This document shows positions 7,123-15,789 of a stretch of 64,000 bases of DNA, one piece after another (the first letter of the stretch is position 1; each line of letters begins with the position of its first letter). This stretch comes from Nanobdellota archaeon (GTDB lineage Archaea > Nanobdellota > Nanobdellia > Pacearchaeales > JAHJTO01), in NCBI GenBank assembly GCA_042572295.1, contig JBHPFA010000002.1, positions 64,180-128,179 of the forward strand, written 5' to 3'. Below the pieces are notes generated by a model, which ran no database searches, had not been told where the DNA came from, and was given only the letters and a program-made list of their open reading frames with translations. The position numbers and the translations under genes are program-made.

Positions 7123-7208
7123 TTTGTTTCAAAGAAACTCTACTATAAAAGTTATTCGGTATAACTACTAACAAAAACATTTAAAACGAACGTTTGGATG
7201 CTTTTTTG

Positions 7209-7796
7209 ATGGCTAGATATCATTCACTTAGGGCAATTTCATGGAATCAAGCTGCTCCAAAGGGAAACGCAGGGAAGGGAATATATGGTGATGAAAAAAA
7301 TAAATTAAATAAAGAGGCCCAAAAAAGAGCTATGAGAAAACTGCCCCCTAAGGATCCAATCTTTGAAAGGAAGAAAAGACTCGATAAAGTAAGGCCCCTT
7401 GCGGAGATTATAAAAAGAAAATTTAAGGAATGCAGGAAAAAAACGAATTATTCTGGTCCTGAAGAGGAAGCATATGTGCCAAGAAAAGAATATGCTAATT
7501 TTTGGTGTCAACAAACTAGGAAAATTAAGGGTACACCAAAAGCAAATGCCTTGATTTGTTTCATTATTGAGATTGAAACTGGAAATCTACTAGAAAGACT
7601 GGTTGATATGGGCACTATTAGAGACACTAATCGTACAAAAAAGACTTTGCTTGAAACTTATGAGCAAAAAATTTCTAATTATGCTGCAGTTTTAGGGAAA
7701 AAAGGGAAGGAATACAAATCTTTGATGTATGGAGTTCTTAAAATACAACCAAAATTTGAATTTAAGCCTTCAAAATTAAAGGCTTACAAGAAATAA
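7209..7796 (+). CDS. Hypothetical basic protein (195 aa)
   Basis: The ORF track starts at a TTG (7194). The ATG at 7209 sits 22 nt after the TATA-like tttaaaac (7180-7187). No family recognised. Confidence 0.45.
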   Translation: MARYHSLRAISWNQAAPKGNAGKGIYGDEKNKLNKEAQKRAMRKLPPKDPIFERKKRLDKVRPLAEIIKRKFKECRKKTNYSGPEEEAYVPRKEYANFWCQQTRKIKGTPKANALICFIIEIETGNLLERLVDMGTIRDTNRTKKTLLETYEQKISNYAAVLGKKGKEYKSLMYGVLKIQPKFEFKPSKLKAYKK

Positions 7797-7801
7797 TTGA
7801 A

Positions 7802-8533
7802 TTATTTAGTAGAAGTTTTCCAAAGTATGTCAAAATAATCTCTGTATGCATCTGCTGCTGATTTATTTTCTATGATTATTGCTTCTGGAATGTCTGTCCA
7901 AAGAATTACTGAGACTTTATTTCCATAAATGTTTGTTGAGACTACACTTTCTTTGATATTTCTTGCAAAAAATCTTATTTCCATATTTTTATTTGGAGTT
8001 TGAGGTGGAGAATCTTTTCTTACTAGACGTTTTATCTTTATATTGTTCTTATCTAAACCTTTTAAGAAGTATGGAAGATAATATGCCATTTTCTCTCGGA
8101 ATTTCCCTGAAGAATCGATTACTAAATTCTCTTGCCCCTTCGCTTCCTTTAGAATATCTTCAAAGACTGCTTTTATTCCCTTGAATCCTTTATACATTGT
8201 AACGTTATGTTTATCTTTTTCTTTTTTGTGTAAGGCATTTAATTCTGGAATTATTATTTCTATCTCCTCTTGCTTTTCTTTTAAGATTTCTACTAACCTT
8301 TGTGGAGATATTGCTTTGAACATTTTTCTATTTGATTCAAGAGCATAAGAAACTAATCCTTTTTTCAATAATTTCCTTAGTGCATCATAACAAGATGTTC
8401 TGTCAATCATTGCTTCCTTTGCAATCTTACCTGCCATCTCTTGTCCAAGTCTAAGAAGTGTTAGATATATCTTTGCTTCATTGTGACTTAGGCCATATTT
8501 TTCTAATATTAGTCTTATGTTTTCGTATTCCAT
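7802..8533 (-). CDS. TrmB-family transcriptional regulator
   Basis: LGLSHNEAKIYLTLLRLGQEMAGKIAKEAMIDRTSCYDALRKLLKKGLVSY is the typical TrmB N-terminal wHTH, followed by a C-terminal effector-like domain. Confidence 0.85.
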   Translation of the reverse strand: MEYENIRLILEKYGLSHNEAKIYLTLLRLGQEMAGKIAKEAMIDRTSCYDALRKLLKKGLVSYALESNRKMFKAISPQRLVEILKEKQEEIEIIIPELNALHKKEKDKHNVTMYKGFKGIKAVFEDILKEAKGQENLVIDSSGKFREKMAYYLPYFLKGLDKNNIKIKRLVRKDSPPQTPNKNMEIRFFARNIKESVVSTNIYGNKVSVILWTDIPEAIIIENKSAADAYRDYFDILWKTSTK

Positions 8534-8997
8534 TATATTTTCCTAGTTAAGATGATCATTTCATCTTTGTATTTTGCTTTTTTCCATGCACTAAGTGCTG
8601 CTTTGTTGTGTAGATCAACTAAAAGTTCAACAATTTTAATATTTTTTGACCTGAAAAACTTCTCAAATGCTTTGACTAGCTTGTTCCCTATGCCTCCTTT
8701 CTGACATTTGGGGTCAACTGCTGCTTCTGAGATATAACCATACCTTTTGAATTTGACAAAAGGGGGATATTCCTTTATTTTTCCAACTGCGTAAGCTAAG
8801 ATTTTTCCGTTTTCTTCATAAACTAGTGCAAGAGAATTTCCTCCCTTCATGAATCCTGTAAGTTTTTCTTTAAAGTAAGCCATTTCTTTGGGGCTAAAAA
8901 AGTGCCTTTTTGGATTGCATTTTATATGGTGCTTTATGAAGTATTTGTGTAGCTCCAGTATTCTGTCTATGTCTTGAGACTTAGCTTTCCTTATCAT
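8533..8997 (-). CDS. GNAT-family N-acetyltransferase
   Basis: AVDPKCQKGGIGNKLVKAFEKF matches the acetyl-CoA binding motif A (Q/RxxGxG/A). Confidence 0.85.
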   Translation of the reverse strand: MIRKAKSQDIDRILELHKYFIKHHIKCNPKRHFFSPKEMAYFKEKLTGFMKGGNSLALVYEENGKILAYAVGKIKEYPPFVKFKRYGYISEAAVDPKCQKGGIGNKLVKAFEKFFRSKNIKIVELLVDLHNKAALSAWKKAKYKDEMIILTRKI

Positions 8998-8998
8998 G

Positions 8999-9625
8999 TT
9001 ATCTCCATTCCTTTTCGAACTGTTTTATAAAGATCTTTAGAAAATTTAGGTAGCTTTTGGCAATTTTCCTGGCTTCCTTAGTGTAAAAATCTTTTAAATC
9101 AAGTAAGAGCATGCATTTTAGAAATTCGAAGATGCTATCTGTATTGTAATCATAGAAACTAGTTAGCACTCTTGAGCCATCTGAGTGGATAATCATATCA
9201 TCTGCATGTTCAACAGCAGTTCTTAGGATACCCATTGCTCCCAAAATGTCAATTTTGTCTGCATCTTGAAGAATTTTTGCTTCAATTGTTGTAGGTTTTT
9301 TGCCTTTGCTTTTCCTATGAACAGAGATACAGTGGACAACTGCTTGAATCTTATTTTTTGGGAAGTTAACTTTCTTTAAGATTTGGGGAGCCATTTTTGC
9401 ACCCTCTTCTGCGTGGTCCTTGCATTTCTTTTGTTCTTGCTTTCTTCTTGCAATATCATGTAAGAGAGTTGCGGCCCTTATTATTTGTAAGTCCACTTTC
9501 TTTTCAGTTCTTGCAATTTGGAGTGCATATCTGTAGACTCTTTGAGTATGGTGGAAGTCGTGACCACCTTTTTTATCAAAATGTTTCCTTGCTTCTTTTT
9601 CAATTTGTTGAGTTAATTGATCCAT
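8999..9625 (-). CDS. HD-domain metal-dependent phosphohydrolase
   Basis: HHTQRVYRYALQIA...AATLLHDIAR...DADKIDILG contains the H...HD...D motifs. Confidence 0.85.
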   Translation of the reverse strand: MDQLTQQIEKEARKHFDKKGGHDFHHTQRVYRYALQIARTEKKVDLQIIRAATLLHDIARRKQEQKKCKDHAEEGAKMAPQILKKVNFPKNKIQAVVHCISVHRKSKGKKPTTIEAKILQDADKIDILGAMGILRTAVEHADDMIIHSDGSRVLTSFYDYNTDSIFEFLKCMLLLDLKDFYTKEARKIAKSYLNFLKIFIKQFEKEWR

Positions 9626-9671
9626 GTTATAGATATACTCCCAACACTATTATAAATATGTTGTGGAAAAC

Positions 9672-9751
9672 CCTACAACACTAATTGATATAATAAAGTT
9701 CGTTTAAGTTATTAAGAGCTGGAAAACCAGCAACAACGGAGGGAAAAAATG
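9672..9751 (+). promoter_or_regulatory. Duplicated promoter/leader module, copy A
   Basis: About 88% identical to 11917-12001. It contains cctacaaca, the atataataaag TATA-like box, AGTTCGTTTAA and the hairpin GCTGG-aaaa-CCAGC (9718-9731), followed by GGAGGG and the ATG. Confidence 0.7.
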
Positions 9752-9898
9752 AAACTCGAACAAAGAATCTGCACAGCAGGAGAAAAAGACTGGAAAGAAG
9801 AATACGGTTTTAGCAAAAAGGAATATACAACTAAAGAAGGTTATAGAGTCTGGGGCTTTGACGAAGAAAGCTACGGAACTTACGGCGGAGGAAACTGA
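9749..9898 (+). CDS. Small hypothetical protein (49 aa)
   Basis: MKLEQRICTAGEKDWKEEYGFSKKEYTTKEGYRVWGFDEESYGTYGGGN. It lies directly behind module copy A with the SD-like GGAGGG. Confidence 0.3.
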   Translation: MKLEQRICTAGEKDWKEEYGFSKKEYTTKEGYRVWGFDEESYGTYGGGN

Positions 9899-9908
9899 AA
9901 CCTTGAAA

Positions 9909-10058
9909 ATGGAGAACACTGAGATAGATGCTCAGATTGAGCAGATCAGAATAAGGTTTCGAAAGCTAAGAATGGCTGTCCAACCGGGCGGACTTGCACC
10001 TGAAACAATTGAAAACTTCAGGAAAAAGATAGAAAACCTTGAAACTCTGAGACAATAA
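9909..10058 (+). CDS. Small coiled-coil protein (49 aa from the ATG; the track ORF starts at TTG 9858)
   Basis: MENTEIDAQIEQIRIRFRKLRMAVQPGGLAPETIENFRKKIENLETLRQ. No family recognised. Confidence 0.3.
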   Translation: MENTEIDAQIEQIRIRFRKLRMAVQPGGLAPETIENFRKKIENLETLRQ

Positions 10059-10103
10059 AGGAAAAAGGAAAAGAATTAAATAAAGACGAATATTTCAATT
10101 GAA

Positions 10104-10847
10104 ATGAAAGAATATGATGAGGTAGCAGAGTTTTACATTAAGAAAAGAAGTGATAAAAGTCGTTTAGATTATAATAGAGACATAGAAATTCCTGCAATGA
10201 TGAAGATGTTGGGAGTTGTTAAAGGAAAAAAGATCTTGGATATGGGCTGTGGCTTTGGTGATAAGGCCCCAAAGCTAATTAAGAAGGGTGCAAAGAGCTA
10301 TGTAGGGTTTGATACAAGCAAAGAATTATTAAAATTTGCAAAAAGGTATGAGAATTCTCAAATTTCTTTCTCTGTTGGAGCAATGGGAAAGAAACTTCCT
10401 TACAAAAGCGGAAGTTTTGACTTAATTTTTTCTTCTTTAGCAGTTCATTATGTTAAAAATTTGAAAACGGTATTTACTGAGGCAAATAGGGTGTTGAGAA
10501 GGGGAGGATTGTTTGTTTTTTCTACACAACATCCAGTTTATAACATGATAAATACAAACAAAAGACATCTTATAGGTATGAAGAAGGTTAAAGGTAAGAG
10601 AATTGTTTATGGAGATTACTTTGATGAGAGCTTAAAAGAGTATGATATGGGTAAGACTGCTGGAATTCTTAAGATCTACCCCTATACTTTTCAGACTTTT
10701 ATTAAAACTTCATTAAATTCTGGTTTTGAGATAGTAGATTACATAGATACGAAGCCCATTCCTGCCTCGAGAAAATACGGCCCTTCAAAATATAATGTTG
10801 CTATGAAGATTCCTTCATTCATTATATTCAAATTAAAGAAGAAATAA
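10104..10847 (+). CDS. Class I SAM-dependent methyltransferase
   Basis: Motif I ILDMGCGFGD and post-I/II elements (DLIFSSLAVHYV). Confidence 0.85.
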   Translation: MKEYDEVAEFYIKKRSDKSRLDYNRDIEIPAMMKMLGVVKGKKILDMGCGFGDKAPKLIKKGAKSYVGFDTSKELLKFAKRYENSQISFSVGAMGKKLPYKSGSFDLIFSSLAVHYVKNLKTVFTEANRVLRRGGLFVFSTQHPVYNMINTNKRHLIGMKKVKGKRIVYGDYFDESLKEYDMGKTAGILKIYPYTFQTFIKTSLNSGFEIVDYIDTKPIPASRKYGPSKYNVAMKIPSFIIFKLKKK

Positions 10848-10848
10848 A

Positions 10849-11433
10849 TCATTCCTTAGAAAACCACTCTGCAAAATCTATTGCATTTTGTACATTATGC
10901 TTTGCATACTTATTTTTTTCTTCTAAAGTCATCTGACTGAAGGTTCTTGTGTCTCCTTTTGGAACAAAAACTGTATCTAAAGGAAAATGTTTCTTTAAAT
11001 TTCCTTTTTGTTTGAGAATTACTTTGCCTTTACATAAATTTGTGAAAACTTTTGTTTTACCGTTGGGACTTGCAAATGCTAAAGCTGATCTAAATTCAGC
11101 TGAACGATTCTTTTTTTGTTTTAATAAATTAATTATTCCTTTAACTCCAATTGTTTGTACTGCAAACTTAGTATTTATTCCTGGGAAGCCGTTTAAACAG
11201 CTGATGAAAAGCCCATTATCCTCACAAACTACTGGTTTCTTTAGAATTTTAACTGCGTCTAACGCTTTTTGTCTTGCAATTTCTTTAACATCGTTCTCTT
11301 TCTTTACCTCTGGCAAGTCTAAATCAACTTGTTTAAGCTTTACGCCATATTTTTCAATCACTGATGCGATCTCAAACACCTTGCTTTGGTTTCCAGATAC
11401 AAAATAAACAGTTGTTTCTTTTTGTTTTGTCAT
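10849..11433 (-). CDS. Non-canonical purine NTP pyrophosphatase (HAM1/RdgB/ITPase family)
   Basis: VYFVSGNQSKVFE...LPEVKKEN...CEDNGLFISCLNGFPGINTKF are HAM1 family signatures. Confidence 0.9.
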   Translation of the reverse strand: MTKQKETTVYFVSGNQSKVFEIASVIEKYGVKLKQVDLDLPEVKKENDVKEIARQKALDAVKILKKPVVCEDNGLFISCLNGFPGINTKFAVQTIGVKGIINLLKQKKNRSAEFRSALAFASPNGKTKVFTNLCKGKVILKQKGNLKKHFPLDTVFVPKGDTRTFSQMTLEEKNKYAKHNVQNAIDFAEWFSKE

Positions 11434-11491
11434 CTTTTTGTTAGTTTCGAAAAAGCTTGGGCGCTATTTAACCCTTTGCTGTAAGATCTGC

Positions 11492-11818
11492 TTATCCTTC
11501 TTGTTCGCCCACATCAAAAAGGTAGTCTTCCCATGCCCTTTCTTGGGGCGTCATTCTTTGATAAAGTTCGTGGGCAGTTGCTGGGCGAGGGGTTGGTTTT
11601 TGGTATTCCTTTGCAGCCTTGGATTCTCTTTCTTTCTTTATTTCATCCATCTCTTCTTCAGTCTGGAAAGAATATGCCATCCCAAACCCATTTCCGAAGT
11701 GTGTTCCAGACACATACCTTTTCTTCTTTTTTTCTTCTTTTTCTACTTCCTCATTAGCTTTTTTAGACCTTTCTTTAGCAAGCTTGTATAGACCTTTTTT
11801 CTTATTATTTCCTAACAT
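11492..11818 (-). CDS. Hypothetical Lys/Glu-rich protein (108 aa)
   Basis: ORF only. It runs divergently from promoter module copy B. Confidence 0.4.
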   Translation of the reverse strand: MLGNNKKKGLYKLAKERSKKANEEVEKEEKKKKRYVSGTHFGNGFGMAYSFQTEEEMDEIKKERESKAAKEYQKPTPRPATAHELYQRMTPQERAWEDYLFDVGEQEG

Positions 11819-11916
11819 TTTGTTCCTCCGTATTGCAGTTTGTTAGCTGCTGCGTCATTGGGCTTTCCTCAAGAGAATATGGCGAGAGGATTACATAAGA
11901 TTGTGTTGTAGAGATT

Positions 11917-12001
11917 CCTACAACAATAATTCATATAATAAAGTTCGCTTAAGTTATTAAGAGCTGGACAAAGGGCCAGCAACAATGGGGGACAAAAAAT
12001 G
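11917..12001 (+). promoter_or_regulatory. Duplicated promoter/leader module, copy B
   Basis: Same order of elements as copy A. The hairpin stem is conserved (GCTGG...CCAGC, 11963-11980) with a different, longer loop. Confidence 0.7.
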
Positions 12002-12535
12002 GCTAAAAAATATGTCTTAACGGGCGGACCTGGAGTCGGAAAAAGCACAACTTTGAAAGTTCTTAGCAACAAAAAAGGAGTCTGCACACTTAGAGAAGCA
12101 GCAACTTATGTGATTACTCAAGAACTTGATAAGGAAAAGCAAGGAAAGGAAGCACAACTACCCTGGACTGACAGAGACGGCTTCCAAAAGAGAGTTTTGG
12201 AACAGCAGCTAAGATGGGAAGAAGGAATACCCTTCCACGCAAGGATCTTCTTAGACAGGGGAGTGATTGATGGACTGGCTTACTACAGACTTGATGGAAT
12301 CACACCACCAAAAGAACTTGAAAAGGCTGCGGAAGAATCAAGATATGACAAAATCTTCTTGCTAGAAAGACTAACAAGCTTTGAAAGAACAACCACAAGA
12401 AGAGAAGATCTTGAAACTGCGCAAAAACTACACTACTTGGTAGAAAAGGAATACAAAAAATACGGCTACAACCCAATCAGAATTCCTGAAGCGGATCCCG
12501 AAAGCAGAGCACACAACATCTTGGGGCTCTACTGA
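11999..12535 (+). CDS. P-loop ATPase (AAA_28/NadR-like kinase family)
   Basis: Walker A LTGGPGVGKSTT. The size and the FLDRGVIDGLAY segment are typical of small NTPase/kinase folds. Confidence 0.7.
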   Translation: MAKKYVLTGGPGVGKSTTLKVLSNKKGVCTLREAATYVITQELDKEKQGKEAQLPWTDRDGFQKRVLEQQLRWEEGIPFHARIFLDRGVIDGLAYYRLDGITPPKELEKAAEESRYDKIFLLERLTSFERTTTRREDLETAQKLHYLVEKEYKKYGYNPIRIPEADPESRAHNILGLY

Positions 12536-12559
12536 ACAAGACATAACCAAAGAAAGAAA

Positions 12560-12964
12560 ATGACTGAAACAATGAAACAAAGTTGTTCATTTCCTAGGAA
12601 AGAGATTTGGACTTGGTATAATATAATGCATGACTTGGAAAATCAAGGGAAGGTTAATGGAGTGGTTTGGAGAGGTTGTGGACCCCAAGGTTATCCTTTT
12701 AGTTTTGATTACAAGGGCAAGGTATTAACAATGACTTGGCAAAAAGATCTTTTCCTTCTTCTTAGTATGGAGAAAGATAGTAAAGATTTCGGAAAGGTTG
12801 TTGAAGGTTTTTCAAAAGTTGTTGAATACAAACCATTCTGTAAGTATCTAGACTGCAAGAACGGAATCTTTACTTATGAATGGGACAAGAAAGACTCAAA
12901 AGGAAGATATGAAGAACTTAAGGGACAAGGACACAAAATAACTTTACTGCAAAAGTTAGAGTAA
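12560..12964 (+). CDS. Hypothetical protein (134 aa)
   Basis: ORF only; Trp-rich. No family recognised. Confidence 0.4.
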   Translation: MTETMKQSCSFPRKEIWTWYNIMHDLENQGKVNGVVWRGCGPQGYPFSFDYKGKVLTMTWQKDLFLLLSMEKDSKDFGKVVEGFSKVVEYKPFCKYLDCKNGIFTYEWDKKDSKGRYEELKGQGHKITLLQKLE

Positions 12965-12989
12965 AGATATAGGGGGAACTGCGAAATGA

Positions 12990-13005
12990 AGCTGTTTAAA
13001 CAGCT
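12990..13005. promoter_or_regulatory. 16-bp perfect palindrome AGCTGTTTAAACAGCT
   Basis: Read directly. The same core occurs at 4698-4709 and 5047-5061. It lies about 110 nt upstream of the lhr ATG. Confidence 0.5.
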
Positions 13006-13113
13006 GTCTTCTAAAATTTTACTCATAGGACTTGTTTGAACAAGTGTGTTAGTATACTATATACGGACCGAAAAATCTTTATAGTCCAAACTCTTACGGG
13101 GGAAGCCTATAAA

Positions 13114-15720
13114 ATGTTTAAACAAGCTAAGTTGAGAGATAAGAAAGAATTGATGGATAGTCTTGATCCCCTTGTTGAAGAATGGTTCTTTTCACGTTTC
13201 AAAGAGTTTTCATTACCCCAGAAATATGGAGTGATGCCTATTTTTGAAAGGAAAAATATTTTGATCTCTGCTCCAACTGGGGGAACCAAGACACTTACTG
13301 CTTTTTTGAGTATCTTAAATTATATTGTAAGCATTGCAAAGAGGGGTGAACTTGAGAATAAAGTTTATGCAACTTATATTTCTCCATTAAAGGCATTGAA
13401 TAATGATATTCAAGTTAACTTAGTTGGGCCTTTGAAAGAAATAAATGAGATTGCAAAGAAAAAAGGAATTGAGATGGATGAGATAAGGGTTTTGGTGAGA
13501 ACAGGAGATACTCCAACATCTGAGAGAGTGAAGATGTTGAAGAAAGCACCACATATTTTAATCACTACTCCAGAAACTTTGGCAATCGTTTTGAATTCTA
13601 CAAAGTTCCATGAAAAATTAAAGGCTTCTGAATTTTTGATTTTGGATGAGATTCATGCACTTGCTGGAAACAAACGTGGGGTTCACTTGAATTTGAGTAT
13701 TGAAAGATTACATGATATGTCAGATATTAAACCTATTCGAATTGGTTTGTCTGCTACTATTGCTCCTTTGGAAGAGATTGCTAAGTATCTAGTAGGGTAT
13801 GAAGGAAATAAGGAAAGGGATTGTTTGATTGCAGATGTCCAGTATACTAAGAAATCTAACTTTGAGGTTTTGTGTCCTGTAAGTAATTTGATTGACACTA
13901 CTGCTGCTGATCAACAATATCATATGTATAAATTATTAGACGAACTTATTCAGGAACATAAGACTACTATTATATTTGCAAATACAAGGGCTGCGACTGA
14001 AAGAGTTGTGCATAACTTGAAAGAAAGGTTTCCTCAAAGATATAATGAAAATATTGGTGCGCACCATTCTTCCTTAAGTAGGGAGATGCGTTTTATGGTT
14101 GAAAGTAGACTTAGAGAAGGGAAGATGAAAGTTGTTGCTACTTCCAGCTCCTTAGAATTGGGAATAGATGTGGGGGCAATAGATTTGGTAATCCTCTTGG
14201 GTTCACCTAAAAGTGTTTCACGTGCTTTGCAAAGGGCTGGTAGGGCAGGACATAAATTAAACGAAGTTAGTAAAGCAAAGTTTGTTGTTTTGGATAGAGA
14301 TGATTTGGTTGAATGTGCTGTGATGATGAAAGAATCTATTGAAAAGCATATTGATCGTGTTCAGATTCCTAGAAATGCATTAGATGTGCTTGCGCAACAG
14401 ATTTATGGTATGGCTATTTCTGGACCAATGCCCATTAAGGATATGTATGCTTTGATTAAGAAGAGTTATTGTTATCATGAATTGAGTATTGATGATTTTT
14501 ATTCTGTAATCTCTTATCTTGCTGGAGAATATGAGTTGAATGCTAGTAATGTTTATGCAAAGATATGGTATGACAGAGAAAGTGGGATGGTTGGAAAGAG
14601 AGGTAAGTTGGCAAGAGTTATTTACATGACAAATATTGGAACTATTCCTGATGAAAGTTTTGTTAATGTAGTTGCGGCGACCCCCTCCGAAAGAAAGGGG
14701 CAGAAAATTGGAATGATTGATGAGGGTTTCTTAGAAAGAATGAAAAAAGGAGATATTTTTGTTTTAGGTGGAGCAAAATACCAATTTCTTTATAGTAAAG
14801 GGATGAATGCTTATGTTAATGCATCTGTTATGAAGAGTCCCACAATCCCTTCTTGGTTTTCAGAGATGTTGCCATTGAGTTTTGATCTTGCAAATGCTAT
14901 TCAAAGGTTTAGAAAGTTAGTTAATCAAAAATTTGAGAGTAAGAAATGTAAGAACGAGATTATTGATTTTATTTCAGAGTATCTTTATGTGAATAAGACC
15001 ACTGCTTCTGCAATTTATGGTTATTTTGATGAACAACATAGATATAGTAAGATACCTCATTCTGAAAGATTGTTAATTGAAGATTTCAAAGACATGTCTA
15101 AGCATTATGTTGTGTTCCATTCTGTTTATGGGAGGAGAGTCAATGATGCTTTATCTAGGGCGCTGGCTTATGTTGTTGGAAGATTTGGGGGCAGAGATAT
15201 AGAAGTCGGAATTAATGATAATGGTTTCTTCTTAGCAAGCAATGATAAGATGAATATTGATAAAGCTTTGAAGAGTTTGACCTCAAAAAATCTTCAAGAG
15301 ATCTTGGATGAGGCAATTGCAAAGACTGAAGTGTTCAAAAGAAGGTTTAGGCATTGTGCAACAAGGGCTTTAATGATATTAAGAAATTATAAGGGCCGTT
15401 CAAAGAGTGTTGGGAGGCAACAATTAGGAAGTCATTTCTTACTTGCAGCAGTTCAGAAAGCAACTACTGAGTTTCCTGTTTTGAGGGAGGCTAAAAGAGA
15501 GATTATGGAAGACTTAATGGATATTAAGAATACTAAATTGGTGTTGGATGCTTTGAAAAATGGAAAAATTAAGACCGTTTATTTGAATAAAGAGTTTCCT
15601 TCTCCTTTTTCATTTGCTTTAATTACACAAGGGCATGCAGACTTGTTGAAAATTGAAGATAAGGTGGCATTTCTAAAAAGAATGCATGAAGGTGTTCTGG
15701 AAAGGATTGGTAAGAAGTAG
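13114..15720 (+). CDS. lhr: Lhr-type ATP-dependent DEAD/DEAH-box helicase (Lhr-core with DEAD_assoc C-terminal domain)
   Basis: Motif I APTGGTKT, motif II LILDEIHAL, SAT-like SATIAP and motif VI QRAGRAGH, plus a long C-terminal Lhr-specific region. Start moved from the track's TTG (13036) to the ATG at 13114. Confidence 0.9.
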   Translation: MFKQAKLRDKKELMDSLDPLVEEWFFSRFKEFSLPQKYGVMPIFERKNILISAPTGGTKTLTAFLSILNYIVSIAKRGELENKVYATYISPLKALNNDIQVNLVGPLKEINEIAKKKGIEMDEIRVLVRTGDTPTSERVKMLKKAPHILITTPETLAIVLNSTKFHEKLKASEFLILDEIHALAGNKRGVHLNLSIERLHDMSDIKPIRIGLSATIAPLEEIAKYLVGYEGNKERDCLIADVQYTKKSNFEVLCPVSNLIDTTAADQQYHMYKLLDELIQEHKTTIIFANTRAATERVVHNLKERFPQRYNENIGAHHSSLSREMRFMVESRLREGKMKVVATSSSLELGIDVGAIDLVILLGSPKSVSRALQRAGRAGHKLNEVSKAKFVVLDRDDLVECAVMMKESIEKHIDRVQIPRNALDVLAQQIYGMAISGPMPIKDMYALIKKSYCYHELSIDDFYSVISYLAGEYELNASNVYAKIWYDRESGMVGKRGKLARVIYMTNIGTIPDESFVNVVAATPSERKGQKIGMIDEGFLERMKKGDIFVLGGAKYQFLYSKGMNAYVNASVMKSPTIPSWFSEMLPLSFDLANAIQRFRKLVNQKFESKKCKNEIIDFISEYLYVNKTTASAIYGYFDEQHRYSKIPHSERLLIEDFKDMSKHYVVFHSVYGRRVNDALSRALAYVVGRFGGRDIEVGINDNGFFLASNDKMNIDKALKSLTSKNLQEILDEAIAKTEVFKRRFRHCATRALMILRNYKGRSKSVGRQQLGSHFLLAAVQKATTEFPVLREAKREIMEDLMDIKNTKLVLDALKNGKIKTVYLNKEFPSPFSFALITQGHADLLKIEDKVAFLKRMHEGVLERIGKK

Positions 15721-15738
15721 TGGTTTAAATCCATTAAT

Positions 15739-15770
15739 CTTAAAAAGGTCTGAATTAAACCTTTTTTAAG
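15739..15770 (+). terminator. Hairpin plus T-run downstream of lhr
   Basis: AAAAAGGT-ctgaattaa-ACCTTTTT followed by T residues, 20 nt after the lhr stop. Confidence 0.45.
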
Positions 15771-15789
15771 GAAAAAGTTTTAGCAAAAA

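Noticed and set aside
9749-10058. A possible programmed +1 frameshift joining the 49-aa ORF (9749..9898) to the overlapping ORF starting at TTG 9858.
   Set aside because: There is no slippery sequence. The second ORF has its own ATG (9909) 11 nt after the first stop. Two small separate genes is the simpler reading.
10949-11407. Long antisense ORFs opposite well-supported genes: 10949..11407, 17000..17359, 37649..38086, 44529..45008, 45576..46184, 48232..48681 and 57415..57867.
   Set aside because: Each lies entirely within a gene with clear family motifs on the other strand and translates to low-complexity Ser/Phe/Leu/Ile-rich sequence. These are typical shadow ORFs in AT-rich DNA.
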